Source: Rickettsiales bacterium (GTDB taxonomy: Bacteria > Pseudomonadota > Alphaproteobacteria > Rickettsiales > UBA1997). From it: a stretch of DNA of 64,000 bases. The translations under genes were made by a program, and so were the position numbers. The notes beneath the pieces are model-generated. The model searched no databases, had not been told where the DNA came from, and saw only the letters and a list, made by a program, of their open reading frames with translations. Of the stretch, positions 9,535 to 19,622 are shown one piece after another. The stretch covers positions 101,680 to 165,679 of the forward strand of contig JAHXBT010000016.1 of the NCBI GenBank assembly GCA_020054695.1, given 5' to 3'. Every line of letters starts with the position of its first letter. Positions within the stretch are counted from its first letter, which is position 1.

Positions 9535-11865
9535 ATGCTTTATATAAGGATATTTCCAATAATAATATTTTCCATATTGCTATTGCTATCTAGAAATTTA
9601 TTTGCTTCATGTTATGAGGCAAATAATATGTTCAACAGTGATGGTGATATAAAAGGTCTTGTCGTAAATTTTTCTCAATGTGCTCCAGACGGGTCCGGAT
9701 CACCCGCTCCATATAAAATATTAGTTCCTAGAGATAGCAACTTAAAACAATCTTCGTCAATAAAGTTTACCATTACAGATAGCGATTTGGCTTTAATTAC
9801 TAATGATAAAAAAATCATTAGATTCTACGGTTTGGATGGTCTAATTGCTGAAATATCTAAGAATAACTTAGGTCAACAAACCTGGCTAGGGGGTGTTAAC
9901 ATTGAAAAAGAAGGGCAAACATATATTTTATCCAACATTAATTTTTTAGGAACTCATAAAATTTCTTTTGGCGACACAGGATTTATAGGATCTATAGATG
10001 ACATTAGGTATAGAACTGTTGATGTGAGTGATTTTTTACCTTTTATTGTTAGTAATCCCTACCATATTAATCCGAGTTTAGCTCCATTGTTTGGTAAGAC
10101 GGCAACTCTACCTGATGGTATAATGCCAAAATCAACAATATATTATGATCATGAAAAAAGCTCTGTTATTAAAGGTGATTTAAATTGTAAAAAGGATTAT
10201 ATAAAATCTGATGATTTGGGCTATTATTTTGAAAAGACTCTAGATAAAGATTTGAAAATTAGTGGATGTTGTTATAAGGAAACAGTTAAACAAGGATTTG
10301 CAAACAACAATATAAAAACAAATGTTGATATTGATTTCAGTCAAGATAGAGTAGGAAGAAGCAATGCTTTAAACCTTAGTGATTTGGAGTGTGTTAACGG
10401 AAGCGTTAGCGCTAATTTATCTTATTATTTTGATGACAGTAGTTGCGAAATACGGTTTTTAGGACAGTGTTCTGGTGATGGAATTGTGCCGTATTCTTCT
10501 TTGATTAATGATTGCTCGCCAATAACCGCTGGAGATATAATATTTGAGACAAATGGAACCGATTCTATGATAGAAATTGACTGTAAGGTTGGTTGCAAAT
10601 ATTCAAATATTAACGACACTTTGAAATATTCATTATCAAGCTCTACTGCCGAGGTAACTATATCAGGCGAAAAGTGCGTTAAAAAAACACAAACAATTGA
10701 GTCTTGGACAAGTGAGGTTCCAAAAGGTATTAACAAAAATACTAATATAGAATATAAATTTAATGGAGAAAGTTTAAGTCTAGATTGTATGTCAGGATAC
10801 ATAAGTGGTACAGTGGAGTATTATTTTTCTGATGGATTGGAAGATATCAATTTTACTGGCTCCTGCGCTCCAAAAGAGTATAAGCTTAGCGATTATAATA
10901 ATTTTGAATTACTGGAGGGTTTAAATGGAGATATATCGGTTTCCTATAATGAAGACATAAATTCTATAGAAACAAAAAGCCCATTGGGTTGTATTCCAGG
11001 ATATGAATCAGACGGGGATTTAGGATATTATTTTACTGATATCGATACTGATGGAAGGCAAGATCTTGTAATTTACGGAGGCTGCAATAGAAAACAATAT
11101 ATGCTTAATAACTACGAAAATTTTGACAGATTAATAACTATTGATGGATCTATATCGGTTACTTATGATGAAAACAAAAATTCTATTGATAGTATGGGAT
11201 CTTTAAGTTGTAATGCAAATTATAGATCAGACGGGGATTTAGGATATTATTTTACTGATATCAATGCTAATGGAGAGCAAGATCTTGTGATTAGTGGCAA
11301 TTGTATGTTAGATGATTATAATTCTGTTTTAGCAGATCATGATGCTCTTACTTTTGATATTATTAAACAGGATAATTCAAATATTAATAATATTTTAACA
11401 CCTCTTACATTGCCAGCCTTGGGTAGTAATGGCACTAATATATCTTGGTCATCATCTGACAACAATATTGGGGATAATAATGGTGGAATTAGACAGGATG
11501 GTATTGTAATTAGACCAAACCCCGGAGTTGCAATTAACAATGTAACCTTATATGCCAATATATCAAAGGGCAGTGAATCAATGCAAAAAACCTTTGCTTT
11601 AAAAGTAATTCCATATACTGAGTATAGTAGATATGTCGGTTATTCACAGTATCAATATAATGGCTATGGTATGACAAACCACTACTCATCAACAACTACA
11701 GCTAACTACACAGATTGCGCAACATCATGCAAAAATGATAGATATTGCATGTCTGCTTTTTGGCGAGATAGTGAGAGTAAGATATGTAAAAAATTCAACA
11801 ATGCTAATGATATTGACTCTAGTTGGCAAAATTATAATGATAATCTAAGATATTATAAATATTAA
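9535..11865 (+). CDS. Large secreted Cys-rich repeat protein (adhesin-like) with an Ig-like segment and a PAN/Apple-like C-terminus
   Basis: 776 aa. The ATG directly abuts the pilD stop. Signal peptide ends LFASC. At least 5 modules are bounded by Cys and centred on (L)GYYF. The segment LTLPALGSNGTNISWSSSDNNI...VTLYANISKGSESMQKTFALKVIP looks like an atrophied bacterial Ig-type motif. The C-terminal CATSCKNDRYCMSAFWRDSESKICKKF looks PAN/Apple-like. Confidence 0.8.
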   Translation: MLYIRIFPIIIFSILLLLSRNLFASCYEANNMFNSDGDIKGLVVNFSQCAPDGSGSPAPYKILVPRDSNLKQSSSIKFTITDSDLALITNDKKIIRFYGLDGLIAEISKNNLGQQTWLGGVNIEKEGQTYILSNINFLGTHKISFGDTGFIGSIDDIRYRTVDVSDFLPFIVSNPYHINPSLAPLFGKTATLPDGIMPKSTIYYDHEKSSVIKGDLNCKKDYIKSDDLGYYFEKTLDKDLKISGCCYKETVKQGFANNNIKTNVDIDFSQDRVGRSNALNLSDLECVNGSVSANLSYYFDDSSCEIRFLGQCSGDGIVPYSSLINDCSPITAGDIIFETNGTDSMIEIDCKVGCKYSNINDTLKYSLSSSTAEVTISGEKCVKKTQTIESWTSEVPKGINKNTNIEYKFNGESLSLDCMSGYISGTVEYYFSDGLEDINFTGSCAPKEYKLSDYNNFELLEGLNGDISVSYNEDINSIETKSPLGCIPGYESDGDLGYYFTDIDTDGRQDLVIYGGCNRKQYMLNNYENFDRLITIDGSISVTYDENKNSIDSMGSLSCNANYRSDGDLGYYFTDINANGEQDLVISGNCMLDDYNSVLADHDALTFDIIKQDNSNINNILTPLTLPALGSNGTNISWSSSDNNIGDNNGGIRQDGIVIRPNPGVAINNVTLYANISKGSESMQKTFALKVIPYTEYSRYVGYSQYQYNGYGMTNHYSSTTTANYTDCATSCKNDRYCMSAFWRDSESKICKKFNNANDIDSSWQNYNDNLRYYKY
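10786..11330 (+). repeat. Three tandem in-frame modules (68-73 aa) inside the 776-aa protein
   Basis: Module Cys codons sit at 10786, 10990 and 11209. The near-identical DNA cores gacggggatttaggatattattttactgata at 11011 and 11230 are spaced 219 nt apart. Confidence 0.85.
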
Positions 11866-11868
11866 TAT

Positions 11869-12927
11869 ATGTATAAAAATTTTATTAGACCTATTTTATT
11901 TAAATTTGATGCTGAAAGAACACATGATTTTGCAATAAGATTGATAAAAAATAATCTTCTAATATATCCAAAAATTAAAAATTATGATTCTCTTAAAAAC
12001 AACATTTGTAATATAGAATTTAATAATCCAATTATAATGGCAGCCGGTTTTGATAAAAATGCCGCTATAATTTTAAATTTATTTAAATTTGGGTTTGGTT
12101 CAGTTGAATGTGGCACCGTTACTCCAAAAGCACAAATTGGCAATGATAAACCAAGAATTTTTCGCCTCAAAGAAGATGAAGCAATTATAAATCGTTTGGG
12201 TTTTAATAATGTTGGTATAAAAAAATTTTTACAAAATATTATAGATCAACAAATTAATCAACCTTTTGGTATCAATATCGGGAAAAACAAGGATCAAAAA
12301 GATCAAGTTTTAGATTACATTAATTTATTAGATATTGTTTATGGCTTAAGCTCTTACATCACTATAAACATTTCCTCTCCTAATACTAAGGATTTGCGCA
12401 ATATTCAAAAAAAAGATGAATTAGACTCATTCTTACAGAAAATTATGCAAAAAAAGACTGATTTACTACAAAGAACTAATAAAAATATTCCAATTTTCTT
12501 AAAAATAGCACCAGACTTAGATCATAAAGAGCTGAAAGATATTTCTGATACTGTATTACAAAATAAAGTTGATGCAGTTATAATTTCTAACTCAACTATT
12601 TCTCGTGACAATCTTAAGTCAAATAATCAAAAAGAGCAAGGTGGTTTGACGGGAAAGCCGCTTTTAGAAATTTCAAATGATATTTTATCAAAATTTTATA
12701 AATTTACAGATGGTAAGGTTCCTTTAATAGCCTCTGGTGGTGTATTTTCAGCACAAGATGCATATCAAAAAATTAAATTAGGTGCATCAATGATACAAAT
12801 TTATTCAGCCTTTATTTATAAAGGTTTTTCTTTAGTAGAGAAAATAAAAAAAGAATTAGATTTATTAATCAAAAAAGATGGTTTTGAAAATATTAATGAT
12901 GCAGTAGGAATTGATCATAAAAAATAG
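11869..12927 (+). CDS. pyrD: Dihydroorotate dehydrogenase (quinone), class 2
   Basis: 352 aa. LFKFDAERTH, NPIIMAAGFDKN, GFGSVECGTVTP, NISSPNT and SGGV motifs. Confidence 0.93.
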   Translation: MYKNFIRPILFKFDAERTHDFAIRLIKNNLLIYPKIKNYDSLKNNICNIEFNNPIIMAAGFDKNAAIILNLFKFGFGSVECGTVTPKAQIGNDKPRIFRLKEDEAIINRLGFNNVGIKKFLQNIIDQQINQPFGINIGKNKDQKDQVLDYINLLDIVYGLSSYITINISSPNTKDLRNIQKKDELDSFLQKIMQKKTDLLQRTNKNIPIFLKIAPDLDHKELKDISDTVLQNKVDAVIISNSTISRDNLKSNNQKEQGGLTGKPLLEISNDILSKFYKFTDGKVPLIASGGVFSAQDAYQKIKLGASMIQIYSAFIYKGFSLVEKIKKELDLLIKKDGFENINDAVGIDHKK

Positions 12928-12931
12928 CAAT

Positions 12932-14032
12932 TTATATTTTATGATATTCGTAATTTAAGGCTTCACTAACAGCTTTATAAGTAATTTTACCATTAACAAC
13001 ATTAACTCCATTTTTTAAGTTAATGTCATCTGCAATTGCATCCTTATAACCTTTAGATGCTAAATTTATAGTAAATGGTAAAGTAGCATTTTCTAATGCC
13101 TGAGTTGAAGTTCTGGCAACCGCTCCCGGCATATTTGTAACGCAATAGTGAATTACACCATCAATATCATAAATAGGATCGCTGTGGCTGGTAGGTTTTG
13201 ATGTTTCAAAACAACCCCCCTGATCAATTGATATATCAACCATTACAGATCCTTTTAACATTTTTTTTACCAGATTTTTTGATATTATTTTTGGCGCAGC
13301 TGCGCCAGGTATTAGCACTGACCCAATCACTAGATCAGAATTTATAACATTCTTTTCAATATTTTCCTCAGTAGCATATAAAATTTCACATGAATTGTAA
13401 AATATATCAGATAGATATCTTACTCTTTTTAGTGATTTATCTAAAACTGTTACATTCGCGCCCATTCCTATTGCTACTTTTGCAGCATTAGTTCCAGCAA
13501 CGCCACCACCAATGATGGTAACCTTGGCTTTTGATGTACCTGGAACACCTCCCAATAGAACACCCCTGCCTCCGTTAGATTTTTCTAATGATTTAGCTCC
13601 AGCTTGAATAGATAATTTACCAGCAACTTCGCTCATAGGCGCCAGTAAAGGTAGGGATCCATCTTCAGAGCTAACTGTTTCAAAAGCAATAGCGATGCAT
13701 TTAGAATCAACTAGCATTTGGGTTAATTTGGGTTCGGCAGCTAAATGTAGATAAGAGAAAATTATTTGACCCTTTTTTATCATTTTACATTCTGATTCTT
13801 GCGGCTCTTTGACTTTTAAAATCATATCAGATTTACTATAAACCTCTTTAGCATCTTTAGCAATAACAGCTCCAGATTCTAAATATTCGTCATTAGTAAA
13901 ATCAATATTTAATCCAGCATTATTTTCAATGATAACCTTATGGCCTGAGTTAACTAACTCCCTTACTCCCGATGGTGTAGCACCAACTCGATATTCATGA
14001 TTTTTAATTTCTTTTGGTATCCCTATTAGCAT
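12932..14032 (-). CDS. ald: Alanine dehydrogenase
   Basis: 366 aa. MLIGIPKEIKNHEYRVGATP at the N-terminus and the Rossmann motif VTIIGGGVAGTNAA. Confidence 0.93.
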   Translation of the reverse strand: MLIGIPKEIKNHEYRVGATPSGVRELVNSGHKVIIENNAGLNIDFTNDEYLESGAVIAKDAKEVYSKSDMILKVKEPQESECKMIKKGQIIFSYLHLAAEPKLTQMLVDSKCIAIAFETVSSEDGSLPLLAPMSEVAGKLSIQAGAKSLEKSNGGRGVLLGGVPGTSKAKVTIIGGGVAGTNAAKVAIGMGANVTVLDKSLKRVRYLSDIFYNSCEILYATEENIEKNVINSDLVIGSVLIPGAAAPKIISKNLVKKMLKGSVMVDISIDQGGCFETSKPTSHSDPIYDIDGVIHYCVTNMPGAVARTSTQALENATLPFTINLASKGYKDAIADDINLKNGVNVVNGKITYKAVSEALNYEYHKI

Positions 14033-14104
14033 AATTTTAAGTTAAAAATATTTTAAATATTTTATCACATTGATCATTTTAGATTATTATTCTTTTAAAG
14101 AAAT

Positions 14105-14869
14105 TCAATAAGTTTTTGAGGTGTTTTTTAATATTTGATCTATTTTTAATATTCCTACCTTAACATTAGTAATAAAAACCTCATCAGCTTCAAATAACTT
14201 GTTAATATTAGCCTTGATCTCGAATACTGTATTATTTTTTATAAACTCACCCCTTACTGTTCCTGCGACAATTCCTGTTTCTAATGGTGGCGTATAGATT
14301 ATATTGTTTTTTTTCCAGAATATATTAGCTGAGGATGTTTCTGCTATTTCCTCTTTTTCATTTAATAAAACTACATCAAATAAACCTCTTTCATCTGCTT
14401 CAATTTTAGCCATAACAGAAATTAGATTATTTGATATTTTGCCATTTAATGGAAGAAAATTCGATGATAATCTTCTATACTTACTTATTCCTAAGATAAT
14501 TTTGTCGTATTTTTGTTCAATATGGGGTAAATTTTCAATTATTATCAGTGGTTTTATGTTCTTGTTTGGTAAATATCCTGTACTTCCTGATCCGCGGCTA
14601 ATAGATATTCTTACAAAACCATTTTTTAGTTTGTTTTTATTAATTAATTGATATGATATTTCTTCAAGGTTGGATATATTTGCTTTGATTTTTAGTTCAT
14701 TTAAGCTAAAACTTAGCCTTTTCAAATGTAAGTTAAGGTTTTTGATTTTATTATCACTTATACGACAAGTTTCATAGACACCATCACCAAATCTAATAAT
14801 TCTTTGGTTAACAGAGATAAGTCCATCTTCTTGTGTTGTAATTTTATTGTTGATAGCTAAATATTTCAT
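14105..14869 (-). CDS. Class IV (fold type IV) aminotransferase / aminodeoxychorismate lyase-like
   Basis: 254 aa. FGDGVYET, Lys context GKISNNLISVMAKIEA and ETSSANIF fit the BCAT/DAAT/PabC family. The subfamily is not resolvable by eye. Confidence 0.75.
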   Translation of the reverse strand: MKYLAINNKITTQEDGLISVNQRIIRFGDGVYETCRISDNKIKNLNLHLKRLSFSLNELKIKANISNLEEISYQLINKNKLKNGFVRISISRGSGSTGYLPNKNIKPLIIIENLPHIEQKYDKIILGISKYRRLSSNFLPLNGKISNNLISVMAKIEADERGLFDVVLLNEKEEIAETSSANIFWKKNNIIYTPPLETGIVAGTVRGEFIKNNTVFEIKANINKLFEADEVFITNVKVGILKIDQILKNTSKTY

Positions 14870-14887
14870 AAAATGGAATAAATTATA

Positions 14888-16648
14888 ATGATGAAACTAT
14901 TTATAATATTATTTAAATTATTTTTAATTGCATCAATTTGGTTTGGTGGCTTTATATTTATCTATCTTTTTTATAAATATCACAATCTGCCAGATGTGGA
15001 GGATATAAACTTACGTCAAGGCGATAAAATTATTCAAATTAATTATTCAGATAGTTCAAGAATTAGAACAATTGGTGATTTATATTCAAATCAAATAACC
15101 TTTGATCAATTCCCTAATTATTTAATAGGTGCGTTAGTTGCTACCGAGGATAGAAGGTTTTTCTTTCACAGGGGGTTTGATATAAGGGGTATTATTAGGG
15201 CATTTTTTGTTAATTATAAATTGGGTAGGATAAGGCAGGGCGCTAGTACTATAACGCAACAACTAGCTCGTATATTATTTTTAAATCAGGAAAAGACAAT
15301 TGATCGTAAAATTAGCGAGATATTGTTAGCATTTAAATTAGAAAGTGTTTTTAGTAAAGAACAAATAATAACCTTATATTTGAATCATGCTTATTTTGGC
15401 GCTGGTAATTATGGTATTAGTGATGCCGCTCAATTTTATTTTAATAAGAAGGTTAGAGATTTAAATTTAAATGAATCAGCAATTTTAGTTGGCGTTCTAA
15501 AGGCGCCATCTAAATTAGCGCCAAATAAAAATAGAAAATTAGCTGAGGATAGGGCGGATATTGTTATACAAAATATGGTGAATAACGGTTCTCTTGGTTT
15601 AAATCTCATTAAGGATTTAGATTATAATGCTGATTATAAAAAAGATAATCTAAGAGAGTTTTACTTTACTGATTATGCTTCTCAAAAATATCAAGATTTT
15701 TTGAATAAAGAACAGAAAAGTAATAATTTTTTTAAAATTACTACCACTCTTAATAATAAGCTACAATCTTTAACTGATGCGGCTGTAGATAAATTATATC
15801 TTAAATACCCAAAAAGGTTACAAAATAGTCAGATTTCAGTTATAACAATGTCTTATGAAGGTCAGATATTATCAATGATAGGTGGTAAAAATTACAGGCA
15901 GAGTCAATTTAATCGAGCAATAAATGCTAAAAGACAGATAGGATCTATCGCTAAGCTTTTTATTTATCTAACTGCTTTTCAACAAAATTTTGTTCCAGAT
16001 GATATTTTTGAGGATAAAAAAATTAAGATCGGCAATTGGCAACCCAAAAATTACAATAATAAATATTATGGATTGGTAACTCTTAGGCAATCTTTTGCAA
16101 AATCTTTAAACTCTGTAGCAGTACAATTAGCTCAAAAAGTAAAGGTTGCCAATATAGTGGAAAATATGAAAATAATGAATATAGAAAGTAAAATTAATCA
16201 AGATATTACAGTTGCTCTTGGCACAAGCGAGACAACTCTTTTAGAATTGGTAACAGCTTTTTCTATTATAGCTAATGGTGGAAACTACATAATACCTTCT
16301 TTTATTAATAAAATAGAGTCAGAATCAGGCAAAATAATGTATAATAGGAGATCGTCCAGCGCAGGGAAAATATTTAGTAATAAAGAAATCGATATGATCA
16401 AGTCTCTTCTTAGGTCAGTAGTAACTGACGGAACAGCCAGCAATGCTAATATTGCAGGAGACGTGTTTGGTAAGACTGGAACTACTCAGGATTTTAGAGA
16501 TGCTTATTTTATTGGTTTTAATTCAAATTACGTAGTAGCTATTTGGATTGGAAATGATAACAACAAATCTACCAATAAAATTACAGGCGGTATGTTACCA
16601 ACATTATTATTTAAAGACATAATAGAATCTTTTCCAAAATCTTACTGA
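14888..16648 (+). CDS. Class A penicillin-binding protein (glycosyltransferase + transpeptidase), short form
   Basis: 586 aa. N-terminal TM segment; GT51 motifs ATEDRRFFFHRGFD and GASTITQQLAR; transpeptidase motifs SIAK (SxxK) and KTGTT. Confidence 0.88.
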   Translation: MMKLFIILFKLFLIASIWFGGFIFIYLFYKYHNLPDVEDINLRQGDKIIQINYSDSSRIRTIGDLYSNQITFDQFPNYLIGALVATEDRRFFFHRGFDIRGIIRAFFVNYKLGRIRQGASTITQQLARILFLNQEKTIDRKISEILLAFKLESVFSKEQIITLYLNHAYFGAGNYGISDAAQFYFNKKVRDLNLNESAILVGVLKAPSKLAPNKNRKLAEDRADIVIQNMVNNGSLGLNLIKDLDYNADYKKDNLREFYFTDYASQKYQDFLNKEQKSNNFFKITTTLNNKLQSLTDAAVDKLYLKYPKRLQNSQISVITMSYEGQILSMIGGKNYRQSQFNRAINAKRQIGSIAKLFIYLTAFQQNFVPDDIFEDKKIKIGNWQPKNYNNKYYGLVTLRQSFAKSLNSVAVQLAQKVKVANIVENMKIMNIESKINQDITVALGTSETTLLELVTAFSIIANGGNYIIPSFINKIESESGKIMYNRRSSSAGKIFSNKEIDMIKSLLRSVVTDGTASNANIAGDVFGKTGTTQDFRDAYFIGFNSNYVVAIWIGNDNNKSTNKITGGMLPTLLFKDIIESFPKSY

Positions 16649-17469
16649 TTCAATTACATCATGAGTTGCAAAAAGGATCAGATAAATTAATTGATATAAC
16701 TTATCTGAAATATTTAATATATCTCCCGAATTGTTTTTTGAAAAGTTGCAAAATAGTCAAAATAACAATGACTATCAACTACTATTACAAAATAAACCCT
16801 TATTTAACAAAGGTTTACTTTCATTAAAAATTCATAAGAAAATAAAAGAGTGTCTTTTTAGACTATTAAAAAACTTAATGTAGTAGTAAGTGTGTTTTTT
16901 GTAAAATGCAGGTTAGATTATTAATTTAAATTTATTTAAAGATGATTTTTGTACCTTTGGCAGTTATAATAAGTTTAGCTATTATAGCTATATTTGTTTA
17001 GAAATATTAATTAAGAGAGGACAATTTACTTTCTTTAATTCCAAGCGTACCCCATTCTTTTAATATATTTGTAAAACATATCTTACAATTTTTCCTGTAA
17101 TAAATAATTTTATTTATATAGAAGGAGATATCTTGTAGATTGGAAAGATTGCCTAGAAACCATGCTTTCTAAAATAATTTTAATGATCTGGTAGATTTAT
17201 AAAATATAGCTTAAGACCATAAAAGTAATGATAAAACTTCCTAGTAAATTTATTTAAATTTACCTTTAGTAAAAAGTTGTTTTAAAGATTGGGCTTGTAA
17301 TGACGTATTTTGACCTGAAGATGGATTTTTTTAATAGATAATCATTTTTAGCTAAAAATTAACAAAAACGCTGGGCAATATAGGTATGCTAATCTCATTT
17401 TTTATAAATTTTATCTCAAAAATGCACCCAAATAGCTATTCATTTTAAAAGTCAAAACGCCATAAGTAG

Positions 17470-19361
<1,892 letters not shown>

Positions 19362-19443
19362 TTAGATTAATTATTTAAACCCTAATAATTTGGTATATAC
19401 CTACACTATCATACAGTTCTAAAATTTATTGTAAAGAATTTAA

Positions 19444-19472
19444 TTGACAGTAAAAACATGGCATGTTATACA
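19444..19472 (+). promoter_or_regulatory. Candidate sigma70-type promoter for uvrA with an embedded palindrome
   Basis: TTGACA (19444-19449), a 17-nt spacer, then TATACA (19467-19472). The spacer holds the perfect palindrome AACATGgCATGTT (19455-19467), nested in TGACA...TGTCA (19445-19477). Confidence 0.3.
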
Positions 19473-19622
19473 TGTCAGGGCAGTTTTCAAAGAATTATTA
19501 TTAATTAAATCTTTATTTATAGCTGATTTGGTTAATATTTTAAATAATAAACATTAGGTGATTATATTATACTACTTTATGATATTTGGTCATCAAATCT
19601 TAATCACATAAGCTAAAATATA

